Below are positions 38,522 through 49,353 of a stretch of DNA of 64,000 nt, in pieces. Made by a program: the position numbers and the translations under genes. The DNA is from Marsupella aquatica (taxonomy: Eukaryota > Plantae > Marchantiophyta). The stretch's first letter is position 1. The number at the start of each line of letters is the position of its first letter. The DNA lies in assembly GCA_973895155.1 (NCBI GenBank), contig OZ316893.1:9673839-9737838 (forward strand). Reading direction: 5' to 3'. The notes beneath the pieces were generated by a model, which was given only the letters and a program-made list of their open reading frames with translations, did no database searches and was not told the DNA's origin.

Positions 38522-41500
38522 TAGCTCCCCACTTAATTGTGAAGCGTCCTCGCGAACAACTTCATCTTCGTCCATATAGTATTTCTTGAGGCGGTCATAA
38601 TGGATGCGAACTGGATATACCTCTCCCGTAATGTTGGCCAATTGTACGGAGCCATTGGGGAACATCATGGTTACTCTAAAGGGTCCTAACCAGCGAGTGT
38701 AAAGCTTTCCTGGAAACCTACTATACCTACTGTCATAAAGTAGCACAAGATCACCGGTATGAATACTAACTACTTTTAACCTTTTATCATACTGCTGCTT
38801 CATGATATTCTGTCTATATTCTACTCTCTCGGCTGAAATCATTCTCGCTTCCTCTAAAGCTTCTAACCTATATTCTCGCTCCTTTAGGCTCTCCTCCGCT
38901 GAGGCTCTTTCCTCAATTGTAACTTGAAATGTCGGTATCTCAAGTTGCATGGGTACCAGGGCTTCTTGTCCAAAGGTTAAGAAGAAGGGTGTATGACCGG
39001 TAGTGGATTTATAGGCAAGATTGTAAGCAAAAACAGCAGCAAACAATTTATCATCCCAATCGAGTTTGTTCTGAGCTACTGTCTTGTTCAATATCTTTCC
39101 TATGATTCCGTTTGCTCGTTCTGTCAACCCGTTTGCCTTTGGATGGTAGGGAGTAGTAGGCCTATGTTTAACTAAATACTGCTCATTTAAACGACTAATT
39201 ATATCATTCAAAAAATGGGTTCCTCTATCACTAACTAATTCTAGGGGTGCTCCATACCTGGTGAAGATCTGCTCATACATGAATCTAGCCGTCGTAATTG
39301 CATCATCCTTCGTTGTTGGTCTGGCCTCTACCCATTTAGTTGCATAATCCGTAGCCAGGATTATGTACTTGTTCCGTCGAGGGTGGGTCAGTGGTTTCAG
39401 AGGTCCAATGTAATCAATACCCCACTTCTCGAATGGTGCCAGAGGTAAAATAGGGTGCAGTGGATGCCTGGTGGACGCCCTTGGTCCTCCCGCTCGTTGA
39501 CAAGGATCGCATTGTTTGATAAACTGATAGACATCTTTGTGCAAGGTGGGCCACCAGTAACCGGCATTTAATATCTTCTTAGACGTGGTTACTGGGGAAA
39601 AATGTCCTCCGGCCTCCTCTCCATGCATGGCCCGTAGGACTCGTTTTACCTCTCTCTTTTCCAAACATCTTTGAATCGTGCCGTTGATTCCATGCTTGTG
39701 CAGTATGCCTTTAATGCACTGATACTGTCTGACCTTCCGCACAAAGACTGCGGCTTGCTCTCGGCTTAATCCTGGCTGTAATCTGGAAGTGCTGAGAAAT
39801 TGTAAAATCTCAGGGTACCATGTACCAGCTATTTCCACAACGAATAGCTCCTCGTCGGGGAATCGATCATCGATGCAATCCGTGGCAGGTTTACCTGTGA
39901 TCCTTGAAAAGAAGTCGGCATTGGCATGTAACTTTCCCGGCTTGATCCTCAGCTCATAGTCAAACTCCTGTAATAGCAAAATCCATCTTGCTACTCTGCC
40001 TGTAAGGTCCGGCTTATTGACTAGGTACTTCAAACTTTCATGATCAGTATGAAAGATTACCTTGTACCCTAGTAAATAATGCCTAAACTTTTTACAAGAA
40101 TAAATGACTCCTAATGCTTCTCTTTCCGTGGTAGAGTAGTTCCGTTCGGCATCGGCAAGCTGACGGCTTGCGAAGTATATGGGATGGTCCCTTCCTTTCT
40201 CATCCAACTGACTTAGTACTGAGCCAATACAGAAGCCCGAGACATCTACAAAAACATGAAAATCTTTGTTCCAGTCCGGTGCTATCATGACTGGGGCCTC
40301 TACTAACATCTGCTTTAATTCTACCACCGCTGTGACTCGTTCGGGTGTGGGTTCGAAGTCTGCTCCTGCCTTGAGCATGTTGGTTAATGGTAAAGCTAGC
40401 TTGGCAAAATCCTTGATGAACCGGCGATAGTAACCAATGCATCCCAAGAAGGATCTTACATCCTTTATGTTCTTAGGTTGCATGATATCTAGCCATACTG
40501 CTAGCTTACCTTTGTCAATCTCAATGCCCTTCCTTGATACCTTGTGACCTAGTAGCACCCCCTCGGTTACTGCAAAAAAACATTTATCTGGGTGTAACTT
40601 GAGACCCACCTCTCTACATCTCATGAAGGTTTTCCTGAGGTATTTAGCATGTTTCGATGCCTTCCCGAATACTGCAAAGTCATCAATGAAGATTTCCATG
40701 AACTTTCTCAAGTAATCATGAAAAATGTTCACCATTAATCGTTGGAACATAGCTGGTGCGTTGCAGAGTCCAAATGGCATACGATTGAAGACATAGATCC
40801 CCCATTCCGTGATGAAGGCCGTCTTGATTTGGTTATAACCAGAGTATCCATCCATGAATGAATATAGTTCATGACTGGCTACCATGTCTAGTACCATATC
40901 AGTAAACGGTAAAGGAAAATGGTCTTCTAATGTTGCTTCATTCAGCTTCCTGTAATCCTGACAAACCCGGATCTTGGGTTTACCATCGGGTCCAGCTTTC
41001 TTGGGAACTATCACAATTGGAGACACCCAGTCTGAATGCAGGACTGGAGTGATGAATCCAGCTTCCACTAGTTTGTCGATTTCTGTTTTGACCAGCAGGG
41101 AATACTTCGGGTTCATCCTTCGAATTGGTTGTCGAAATGATTTGGCTCCTAACATGAGATCAATTCGATGTTCCCCTAGTGTTGGATCTACTCCCTTTAG
41201 ATCTTGGTGACTCCATGCAAACACATCCTGAAATTCAATCAATAAGTCACTGATCTCTTTCTCGAGCTCAGGTGCTAGGTTTCTCCCTAAGTTCAGTTCT
41301 CTTCCCTCTCCTAAGTCGAGCTTCCGATATTGCCGTGCTTGGATCATATTAATCTGCTTCTTCAAATTCGGGTCCAGTTCGGCTTCCAGTCTCTCTAATC
41401 TCATACCTCCATAAACTGGGATCTCGGCTGGACTAGCCGAGTCGGTCCCTTCCTTGGTGTCCATAGATTGTCCCCTTACCGGTCTATTCGGTTTTGAATT

Positions 41501-41752
41501 AGTGGTCGGCTCCCCTTCCTGCCTTGGCTCTGGATCGTGTCTGTCCATCTCATCCACTTCTTGCTCCTGAGAGTTAGGCCGCTGTGCTCTCTCGGCTTCT
41601 AATAGGGCCTCAATTTGTTCTGCCCTCGTAATCGGCTTGTATGCCGATCCCTTGGTATTTAATTCCTTGCCGATGATCGATGGCGTTGTGGACCCCGTCG
41701 GCTCTGCCACAACGCCTGCAGAAAATCCACTGTCCCTGCTACTGCTCCCCAC
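38510..41752 (-). CDS. pol: Pol: reverse transcriptase, RNase H, integrase
   Basis: RVCQDYRKLN, MPFGLCNAP, FIDD; RNase H DVSG..ERNYSTTEREAL; integrase HHCC, WGID/SDRG/ERAN and GPF. Apparent short in-frame deletion at YNQI^KTAF. The stop codon lies inside the 3' LTR. Confidence 0.93.
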   Translation of the reverse strand: MGSSSRDSGFSAGVVAEPTGSTTPSIIGKELNTKGSAYKPITRAEQIEALLEAERAQRPNSQEQEVDEMDRHDPEPRQEGEPTTNSKPNRPVRGQSMDTKEGTDSASPAEIPVYGGMRLERLEAELDPNLKKQINMIQARQYRKLDLGEGRELNLGRNLAPELEKEISDLLIEFQDVFAWSHQDLKGVDPTLGEHRIDLMLGAKSFRQPIRRMNPKYSLLVKTEIDKLVEAGFITPVLHSDWVSPIVIVPKKAGPDGKPKIRVCQDYRKLNEATLEDHFPLPFTDMVLDMVASHELYSFMDGYSGYNQIKTAFITEWGIYVFNRMPFGLCNAPAMFQRLMVNIFHDYLRKFMEIFIDDFAVFGKASKHAKYLRKTFMRCREVGLKLHPDKCFFAVTEGVLLGHKVSRKGIEIDKGKLAVWLDIMQPKNIKDVRSFLGCIGYYRRFIKDFAKLALPLTNMLKAGADFEPTPERVTAVVELKQMLVEAPVMIAPDWNKDFHVFVDVSGFCIGSVLSQLDEKGRDHPIYFASRQLADAERNYSTTEREALGVIYSCKKFRHYLLGYKVIFHTDHESLKYLVNKPDLTGRVARWILLLQEFDYELRIKPGKLHANADFFSRITGKPATDCIDDRFPDEELFVVEIAGTWYPEILQFLSTSRLQPGLSREQAAVFVRKVRQYQCIKGILHKHGINGTIQRCLEKREVKRVLRAMHGEEAGGHFSPVTTSKKILNAGYWWPTLHKDVYQFIKQCDPCQRAGGPRASTRHPLHPILPLAPFEKWGIDYIGPLKPLTHPRRNKYIILATDYATKWVEARPTTKDDAITTARFMYEQIFTRYGAPLELVSDRGTHFLNDIISRLNEQYLVKHRPTTPYHPKANGLTERANGIIGKILNKTVAQNKLDWDDKLFAAVFAYNLAYKSTTGHTPFFLTFGQEALVPMQLEIPTFQVTIEERASAEESLKEREYRLEALEEARMISAERVEYRQNIMKQQYDKRLKVVSIHTGDLVLLYDSRYSRFPGKLYTRWLGPFRVTMMFPNGSVQLANITGEVYPVRIHYDRLKKYYMDEDEVVREDASQLSGELCDA
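38522..38535 (-). other. Polypurine tract
   Basis: taagtggggagcta directly precedes the TG of the 3' LTR. Confidence 0.65.
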
Positions 41753-42774
41753 TTAGCCGTTTCATCCAATTGGTCTACATCCTTTACTTCCTCCGGAATT
41801 GCAGCTAAAAAGGTGGATTCTATTGTAAAGCAATCCTCGACCTCTTCGTCTTCTTCTTCCAAGTCACCTTCCATTGGTTCTTGCCATAATCCGCTGGGGG
41901 GTACCTCTGGTCCAAAGACACCTTCTTCGGTTAGGTTAGTGAGGCATTCTAACCAACGTACTTCATCGGCTGACTCCAGTCCACTGTCGTACCCATCTAC
42001 TTCCCTTATGCTTTTCCTACGGTCATCCTTAGTGTCCCAGGATACCGTGATAGAGGGGGTCCCGAAAGTGAACTGCTTTTTACCCCAATCTTCTATTACC
42101 TCGGCTAGGTACAGCCATGGCCTACCAATCAATAGCCGGAATGACGTAGGATTTACCGGCTTCATTACTACATAGTTAATGCTAAAGAAGATACCTCCTA
42201 TCTCTGTCTTGATGCCGGTTAACACTCCCGTCGGAATGACCTGATATCCATTGGCCATGTTCAACACTCTTCCAGTCATCTCCGGTGTTAGACCCCACCC
42301 TTTTGCTGTTGAATCAATCATAATACATACCCCTGATCCTCCATCGATGGGTACCCGTAGTAATAATTCTCCTTGAATCATTAATGGTAATGCTGGAGCT
42401 CCTTGATCTTCTTCTATTATTAGTACGTCGGATCTGGTTGCTACCTTGGATAATCTCGGCTTGCCGAGAATAGCCTTCCTTAATTGCTTCCGGAAGTACG
42501 GGCTATTTTTCAATAGTTGACCTACTGTTGCCGAGACTCTAGATTCTAGTACATCTTTAGCCAGGTCATAGGGAACAATCGGCTTCTCTTCTGGTGGTGT
42601 TTCCGTCTTGGATTCGGCCAGTTTTGCCACGCTAGTCTCCACAGCTGTTGGGTCTTCCGAAGCAAACAATGCTTTTGCTCGTTTTACATCCTTGGCAATG
42701 GCTTCGGTATTCTCCAGGGTTTCTAATTCTCTTAGTTGTTCCTTAACACTAGCCGTAACAGAGGGGTAGAACAA
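41659..42774 (-). CDS. Retroviral-type aspartic protease region
   Basis: PIDGGSGVCIM and LLIGRPWL motifs. Same frame as gag across one TAA; different frame from RT. Confidence 0.85.
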   Translation of the reverse strand: MFYPSVTASVKEQLRELETLENTEAIAKDVKRAKALFASEDPTAVETSVAKLAESKTETPPEEKPIVPYDLAKDVLESRVSATVGQLLKNSPYFRKQLRKAILGKPRLSKVATRSDVLIIEEDQGAPALPLMIQGELLLRVPIDGGSGVCIMIDSTAKGWGLTPEMTGRVLNMANGYQVIPTGVLTGIKTEIGGIFFSINYVVMKPVNPTSFRLLIGRPWLYLAEVIEDWGKKQFTFGTPSITVSWDTKDDRRKSIREVDGYDSGLESADEVRWLECLTNLTEEGVFGPEVPPSGLWQEPMEGDLEEEDEEVEDCFTIESTFLAAIPEEVKDVDQLDETAKWGAVAGTVDFLQALWQSRRGPQRHRSSARN

Positions 42775-43068
42775 CTTAGGATGATCTCGATTGAAGTCGC
42801 TATCTTGTGAAGGATTGGTTTCACTGGTGGGCTCATGGCTTACCTGTATTGCCGGAGCCCTCCCTTCTCCTTCTGTTGATGTTGACGAAGAGTCGATCCT
42901 TTCCTCCGTAACCTTCCCTTTATTTTTGGCCAGCCCATCCCACCTTTCCTTCCTTCTGGTAGATCGAGTAGAGACCCGGTAGCAATCATGATCTAAATCC
43001 TCCTCTGAGAAGGTTGATAGGGCTTCGGCCTCATCATCAGATGGTACGAACTCTGCCTCGGCATCCTC

Positions 43069-44460
43069 TTACCATCCTAGTTCGATGTGGTTGATTTGAA
43101 CTCCTCCGGGGGTAGTACCTGGCGGTAAGATCTTGATCGGCAAAAGCTTATGATTTGCGGCCAGGCCTGCCAACCAAGTAGGACATTGCCCTAGCATATG
43201 ACCTTCCTGTCGGCATCCCATAATTAGCTGAGCTGGTTGTCCATCACCCTGTTTGCATGCATTCGGGCATTCTCTAGCAAAATGGCCAGGTTGACCACAA
43301 TTATAGCATGCCGCAAATCTTTGCACATTCGGCCTAGGAGGTACTGACGGGTTCTGAATAATCCGAGGATACATCTCTCCTAGATTGTTCCTTAACCCTG
43401 ACCACAGAGATGCAGGTCTGTTGGATAGGTCTCGTGCTCCAGTCTCACTGATGCCGAAAACACTATCAGCGGCATCTCCCAAAAAGTACTCTACTTCTCC
43501 CTGACATGGTCTGATCTCGGCCACATGCCGAACATGATTAGTATTAAGCTTAGGACACGCATCTTTATGGTGTCCGGTTTTATAACATAAGGCACACCAT
43601 ACAGAGCTATCCTCCTGTACTACCTTCTTCTTTGGTTTTACCTCTACAATGATAGCCTTAAGTTGCTCGGTAAGGGCTACGATGTTATCTGGTGGCTTAG
43701 CCTCCATCTTGACTTTCGTCTTCCCTCTCCTTCTGCCCTTCCTTTTCCTAGTTTTTTCTTCTTCAGAACTAGAAGATGACTCACTCTTGCTACTCCCACT
43801 ATCCGAGCTTGACTTATCACTTCTAGACTTCTTGGGATGTTTCTTCTTCTTATCTTTTTTCTTATGGGGTGATCCCTCCTCTGATGAGGAACTCTCAGAC
43901 TTAAGCTGTTTCTTCCGGCTTGTGATATCTGCATTAATGTATAATTGAATATCCTTAATTGCTTCGGCTAAAGTCTCCGGGTTCTCCTTCCTAATTGCAA
44001 AACTCATCTTCTGTGGCAAAGCATTCACCAACCATTGAAGTTGCATACCTTCAGATGCATTGGTCTTTGTACGTCTTACCAGTTTCTGAAAGCGTTGCAA
44101 GAACTTCCTGAAGGATTTGTTCTCCTTGAACCGAAGTTGTCCCAACTTCAGCACTGCTAGTTCTGAAGTTCCAATGGGTCGAAACTCCTTAACAAAGAGT
44201 GTTTTGAAGATATCCCAGATGGCTTGATCTTCCACATCTAATGCTCTGTACCAAGGCCTAGCCTCACCCTTGAACAGGCCGGGAAGAATCTGCATCTTGA
44301 TGGCCGATTCTCCATTTGCTGCAGCGGTTCCCTCAAAATCATCCAACCATTCGTCCGGATCCTCATCTCCTCTCCCATGAAATGCCTTGTAATGTATGCG
44401 CGACCGCTGGCTCAATCTGGTCCCTGGCCTCTCGTCTGGCCGTGCCTCTGGTTCCCCCAT
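43069..44460 (-). CDS. gag: Gag with CCHC zinc knuckles
   Basis: FHGRGDEDPDEWL..F, GEARPWY (retrotransposon gag); CALCYKTGHHKDAC and CYNCGQPGHFAREC. Confidence 0.92.
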   Translation of the reverse strand: MGEPEARPDERPGTRLSQRSRIHYKAFHGRGDEDPDEWLDDFEGTAAANGESAIKMQILPGLFKGEARPWYRALDVEDQAIWDIFKTLFVKEFRPIGTSELAVLKLGQLRFKENKSFRKFLQRFQKLVRRTKTNASEGMQLQWLVNALPQKMSFAIRKENPETLAEAIKDIQLYINADITSRKKQLKSESSSSEEGSPHKKKDKKKKHPKKSRSDKSSSDSGSSKSESSSSSEEEKTRKRKGRRRGKTKVKMEAKPPDNIVALTEQLKAIIVEVKPKKKVVQEDSSVWCALCYKTGHHKDACPKLNTNHVRHVAEIRPCQGEVEYFLGDAADSVFGISETGARDLSNRPASLWSGLRNNLGEMYPRIIQNPSVPPRPNVQRFAACYNCGQPGHFARECPNACKQGDGQPAQLIMGCRQEGHMLGQCPTWLAGLAANHKLLPIKILPPGTTPGGVQINHIELGW

Positions 44461-44699
44461 GTCGGTTGGAGACTCACTTCTCCTTACCGACTCTTCTTCT
44501 GGTATGTCTTCTTCGACGCCACTTCCAGTTTCGGAGCTACCAGCTCTTTCTGCCCCTCTCAGTCACTGTGTATCATGCCACCCGGCGAGCTGCTGCAGTC
44601 GAGCTCTCTCCCGTTGAATCACTCTTTCTTCCCTCGGCGTAAGGTCAGTCATTACCTACACTTCCGTTCTAACTTCATATCTCACGGCTTAAGAAATGC

Positions 44700-44717
44700 C
44701 CCCTCCATCTAGCGCCA
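44700..44717 (-). other. Primer-binding site
   Basis: TGGCGCTAGATGGAGGGG starts 4 nt after the 5' LTR end. Cognate tRNA not identified. Confidence 0.75.
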
Positions 44718-44721
44718 AAAA

Positions 44722-47700
44722 TGTGGTGCGTCCCATGGCTCCCTAAACCCAAGAAACCCCCCAGCTCAAGCCGATTCCCGCAGGTTTCATGCTTGGCGAG
44801 GCCGTTTCCGCGGCTTAGCGGCATGGGACGCTGCTAACCTTCTACTACTACTATTACCATTTTACACACATATACTGGACAGATCCTTCATCGGGTCATG
44901 AGATACGTAGCCGGCCTAATATAGGCCTTCCCCTGTCTTCCCCTGTCTTCTTGTTAGGTATGTTTGGATTCCGCCGCCGGAATGATCCCCAATAGGCTTG
45001 GTTAAGCCGCTAAGACCTCTCTCAGCTCGACACATCCAACTCTCACTCCCCTGCTTACTTTCCTTCCTTCTGTTGATGTGGGCACTCTTCACATAAGTTA
45101 ATGCGACACACAAATAGCAAAATGACTCATTCTGACTGAGTCATACCATGCACTTGCCATACAAACAGTACATCTCATACACAAGTTCTGCAAACTAAGC
45201 CGTGAGGCCAACTCTATTCAGCTCTTAGGCATGAGGAAACATGAATATACACAAGGGTCACTGTATGACTAACCGAGAGCTTCTCGTACTACTTGATCCC
45301 AGCCCGGCTGGTGCAAACTAAAAACTTGCTAAAGAAGAGGCCCTGAGCTCCCCGCTGCCCAGGTACTTATCCTGGTAGTGGATCCGCCATTCTTTGCATC
45401 GTAAGCCTAATCTACTTAACAGTAATCTACTTGCCCGAATCTACCTATGTACAGCAAGGCAGGAGCACAAGTGTTGCTCCTACCAGTGGGACCGCAATCC
45501 CACTAAGCTAAGTGTCAGGGCCGCTCCTGGTTCTGATCCTAATCCTAAACGTGGAGATCCTCGCCCGCCCTGCCCACTCACGCCTCCTCCCTCCACGTCC
45601 GCCCTCCCTAAAAGGAACGGCGCCCTTGCACCGTCACGACACCGGTGGTGGATCCTTAATGGACGCCCCCAACGCTTCCTCCTCAGCCACTGCCGTAGGT
45701 TCATTCTCTGACAGATTACCTGCCCTTGACTGAGTCAACTCTCCATCGGCCTGACTGGGTCCACCTTCGGCTTCAGTCTCGACACCGGCCTCGGCAATAC
45801 CCACGGCTTTGGCCTCAGTCACTCCCTCGGCTTCGGCCTCTCCTTCCCCTAGGGTAGTTGGATCCCTAGCCGTGACCCTGTCTGGGGTCGGTGCTGGGTC
45901 TACCTCCTTGATCACCACGGCCTGTGAAGTCGTATTACTCCTTGACCCTGAAGGTTTCCGCTTCTTCTTCGTTGGTGGCTCGGCAGCTGGTCCCTTCCCC
46001 TTCCCACTTACTTCCTGCACTGGTGCAGGTGGCGCGGCTTGTCCTTCGGCAATTACCACCCCTGGTAACTGGTTTGTCCCAACGGGAGATGGACCTGCTG
46101 CAGCTAAGCATTTAAATACTGCGGCTTGTTTCTTTAGCCGCTCTGTTTGGTTGTCGGCCCGCCGTTGTAGGTTCTCCATCTTCCTCGTGATTTCCTCCAA
46201 CTCCTCTTGGGTTTCATCCAGGTCCTTACGTGCCCCCTCCAGCTCGTTTTTGGCCTCCTCCTGCTCCCTGTGGGCTTCCTCCAATTCCTTCTTCAAGGTA
46301 GCCCTCTCCTCCTGGGTTGCTCTTAGCTCCTTGTCGAGCTCTGCAATGATGACAGACTCCATCTGGTTCATCTTGGCGTAAGTCTGTTCGAGCATCTCGT
46401 CCTTCTCCCTTAGGTCAGCCTTGAAGCTGGCCGTCAGGGACGCAAGCTCCTGCTGTAGCGCCATAATCCCTTGATAGGATTTCCCTAACTCGACCTCCTT
46501 CTGCTCAAGGGCTCCGCGGATTTTCTCGAGCTTCCCTTGCAATGCCCATTCCTTTCTTTGGGTCTCCGCCATGGCCCGGCTGTTGGCTGTTATGTGGGCC
46601 TCCTCTGTATTCTTCAGCTCTTGCTTCCACTTCTCCCTCTCTTTGATCGTGTCGGCCAACTCTTCCTGCGTCTGAGTCAGTTTATCCTTGATATTCTGAT
46701 TATCAGCCTGCGCGGTGTCCAACTGCCCCTGCATGATGTTCAGCTCATGTCGTTTAATCCGCAGTTCATCTTGGGCTTTCTTGGCCGCCCTTAGATCTTC
46801 AATCTCGGCTTCCATCCTCCTAAGCCGCCGAATGACCTCGTCCTTCTTGCTTCTCTCTAAGGCCACCGCTTCTTCTAATTGGTGCTTCTCCAACTGCTCC
46901 CTATGGAAAAAGGGTCCTACCTCCAACTCCTCTCCAAAGATGCCGAGCGCAAGTTCCCCACACATCTCACCATACTCCATGGCTCTATTCTTAGCGTAGG
47001 TGGAGTAAGTAGAAGTGATCGGCATCGCCCATCGTGGCCTCTGCTCCCAAGCCGTCCTGCGGATCTCTTCAATTGTGGCTAGAGGTTTGCTTCCTTTTTT
47101 GGCTAGCCGCCTGATGTCCTCCGGCCAATCTCCTCCTGGTAAATCCTTTTCCTTAGCCAGGGCGGCCTCTTCCTCCTGCTTGATTCGCTCCTGAAATTCC
47201 TGCACCGTCTGTTTTATGCCGTCGAAGCTCGGGGGAGCAACATCTGGTGGGGGAGACTCAGGGCTACTCTGCTGGTTGGGGTCCCCTCGCACTACCCTTG
47301 GAAGTGTGGGGACAAACCGGCCACAGGTCCTTACTCCTGGAACGTGATGGTCCGACCCATAGCCGGAATTATCATGGCTGCAGTCCTCCACTGCCTCCTC
47401 TACCTCTTGGACGTCCGGCTTCTCCCTCTCCTCTTCGTCGGTAGGAGCTTCAGGCAATTTTGCCTCAGATTCGGAGCTTGAGGTTCCCACGTACATTCGA
47501 ACACCTGGCTTGGATTCCGGCCTGATTCTCTCCTTGTCTCCAGCAAAGGGGTTTTCTCTTGTGAGCCGGTGTAGGCCTACCTCTGTAGTAGTGTCCTGCA
47601 TTGTTGCCGTTGCCGTTGTTGTTGCCGATGCCGATTTCTTTTCTTTCTCCAGTAGTTTCAGCAGACTCTGCATGCCTGGTTGCTGCATCGGCAAGTCTTC

Positions 47701-49348
47701 CTTCCTGGGCCTAAACACCTGCTCGATCGTAGGACTAACAGGTGGTTGAGGCTTCTCAGCCAACGGCCTTGGCGTTGGAGCTTCCTCGGGTGCCTTTACC
47801 TGCAGGGGAAGTACCGGGGCAAAAGTCTGACCTCTGGCATACCGGCACAACAGCGGCATGTGATAGCCAAGCCACGACACGCTCCCCATGCCGATTACCT
47901 GCTGCTCCTCCTTTAAGATCTTCTTCAATTGGTTGAGGAGGTACCCGTTGTAGTCCCGGCTTGGGTCTGGCCTTTCTGCCAGATAGACCTGTGCCTTGCC
48001 GATCTTTGCCCTCAGCAAGTTACAATGCATGGTCACCCGCAAGAAGTCGATCATCTCTCCTATGTGCGGGTTGGTGCAGGTGTTCCGGAAGAAGCCATTC
48101 TTCGTTGATGGCCCGGGGAACGACCGGAACTCCTTGTCAGGCAAGGTCTTCCTGGTATCAACTTTGGTCTTATTGCCTATCGGCAAGCCAAACACTTCGG
48201 CAATTACCTTGGGAGTAAGATAGAAATCGTTCCCATATATCCTCGTGCAATTGGTCTCGGGTTCCCATGACCCCACGAATTCTAATAGGTCTGACTCCGG
48301 TACCTCCGGCTTCAGCCATGGTAATCTTACAAAGGCCTCCAAGCCGGATCCGGCCATGAAGCCTTGGTACTTCTTGGTCTGCATGGCCGTAAAGCATGCA
48401 TCCTCCTCCCGTGCAAAATGTAGTTGCACCTCCACCGGTAGGGTTGCCGCCCAGCCCTTCCAGGTGTCATCCCTGGTTGGAATGGCCTTGATGGGATCGA
48501 CCTCCTCCTCTTCGGCTTCTCCCTGCCTCCTGCTCTGCTGCTCGGCTGGCCTCTTTGGTGCCGCCGACCTCGTTCTTTTTGCCGGGGTGGCTTCATCGTT
48601 GACGGCTCCCTTCCTCTTCATCTCTGCTGCCGTGGAGGTTTCTCCTAGCACCGTTGCCTGGGTCCACCTTTCCGTGCTACCCTTTAATTCCCAGTGTATG
48701 TCGTTGCAGTTCTTGATGGCCTCTCGGATGCCGACGACGCTGTCTTTGCAAAACAGAAGATCGTCGAGTTGATTGGAAGTAGGCGTCCACAGGAACTCGT
48801 CCTTGATGAGTTCGCCTCCTAAGAAAGCCGTCTTCTGCAGCTCCCACAATCGAGCGAGCTCCTGCCGTTCTCGAGCTGCCCTTTCTGACTCCTCGTCCTC
48901 GTAAGTCTTGATGTACTCAGTTGCCCGTTCGAACAGGCATCCCCAGAAATGTGCCGCTTGATTGACGTTGCTCATACCCTCCTTAGGTCGATCGTCGGTA
49001 TCTACTCTCTCCCCGAGTGCTTGCCTAAGCAGCTGACAGTAGTTGGCCTCCCGTAGTCGTCTGCCTAGTTCGTGCTCGCAAATGAGCCACCATCTCCTGC
49101 AAGCGCTCCTTACCCCTCTCCTCTGCCGGTCCTTCTTCCCGTTGATCCTTCCTAGCCGCCGACGCTTAACGCGCCCTAACCCTAATCGGGTTTTCACCCT
49201 CAGCCTTACCTCCGGCCTCTGCCCGGGTTCCATGGTTGCCCCTAATTGTTTATATTTTCCTTGTTTTGTCACTATACTAAGGTGTTCCTAGGGTGCCTTC
49301 CTGCTTTACCCACTTAACCGGCCGAGTGATTCCTGTCTAGGCATCACA
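44722..49348 (-). repeat. 5' LTR (4627 bp)
   Basis: Near-identical to 33895-38521. Followed on the minus strand by the PBS. Confidence 0.95.
45634..49272 (-). CDS. LTR-encoded 1212-aa protein (5' LTR copy)
   Basis: Intact ORF, about 15 aa differences from the other copy. Confidence 0.8.
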   Translation of the reverse strand: MTKQGKYKQLGATMEPGQRPEVRLRVKTRLGLGRVKRRRLGRINGKKDRQRRGVRSACRRWWLICEHELGRRLREANYCQLLRQALGERVDTDDRPKEGMSNVNQAAHFWGCLFERATEYIKTYEDEESERAARERQELARLWELQKTAFLGGELIKDEFLWTPTSNQLDDLLFCKDSVVGIREAIKNCNDIHWELKGSTERWTQATVLGETSTAAEMKRKGAVNDEATPAKRTRSAAPKRPAEQQSRRQGEAEEEEVDPIKAIPTRDDTWKGWAATLPVEVQLHFAREEDACFTAMQTKKYQGFMAGSGLEAFVRLPWLKPEVPESDLLEFVGSWEPETNCTRIYGNDFYLTPKVIAEVFGLPIGNKTKVDTRKTLPDKEFRSFPGPSTKNGFFRNTCTNPHIGEMIDFLRVTMHCNLLRAKIGKAQVYLAERPDPSRDYNGYLLNQLKKILKEEQQVIGMGSVSWLGYHMPLLCRYARGQTFAPVLPLQVKAPEEAPTPRPLAEKPQPPVSPTIEQVFRPRKEDLPMQQPGMQSLLKLLEKEKKSASATTTATATMQDTTTEVGLHRLTRENPFAGDKERIRPESKPGVRMYVGTSSSESEAKLPEAPTDEEEREKPDVQEVEEAVEDCSHDNSGYGSDHHVPGVRTCGRFVPTLPRVVRGDPNQQSSPESPPPDVAPPSFDGIKQTVQEFQERIKQEEEAALAKEKDLPGGDWPEDIRRLAKKGSKPLATIEEIRRTAWEQRPRWAMPITSTYSTYAKNRAMEYGEMCGELALGIFGEELEVGPFFHREQLEKHQLEEAVALERSKKDEVIRRLRRMEAEIEDLRAAKKAQDELRIKRHELNIMQGQLDTAQADNQNIKDKLTQTQEELADTIKEREKWKQELKNTEEAHITANSRAMAETQRKEWALQGKLEKIRGALEQKEVELGKSYQGIMALQQELASLTASFKADLREKDEMLEQTYAKMNQMESVIIAELDKELRATQEERATLKKELEEAHREQEEAKNELEGARKDLDETQEELEEITRKMENLQRRADNQTERLKKQAAVFKCLAAAGPSPVGTNQLPGVVIAEGQAAPPAPVQEVSGKGKGPAAEPPTKKKRKPSGSRSNTTSQAVVIKEVDPAPTPDRVTARDPTTLGEGEAEAEGVTEAKAVGIAEAGVETEAEGGPSQADGELTQSRAGNLSENEPTAVAEEEALGASIKDPPPVS

Positions 49349-49353
49349 TCTAC

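Larger units (their letters stand above)
33895..49348 (-). mobile_element. Full-length Ty3/Gypsy LTR retrotransposon (non-chromovirus type), 15,454 bp
   Basis: Two 4627-bp LTRs with TG...CA ends, 5-bp TSD TCTAC (33890-33894 / 49349-49353), PBS, PPT and gag-PR-RT-RH-INT order. No chromodomain. Confidence 0.97.

Noticed and set aside
34567-49291. Numerous plus-strand ORFs of 60-190 aa
   Set aside because: Antisense shadows of the minus-strand gag, pol and LTR ORFs.
33895-49348. Assembly artefact or tandem gene duplication explaining the two 1212-aa ORFs
   Set aside because: The copies differ at scattered sites, have TG...CA ends with PBS, PPT and a TSD, and flank gag-pol, so they are LTRs.
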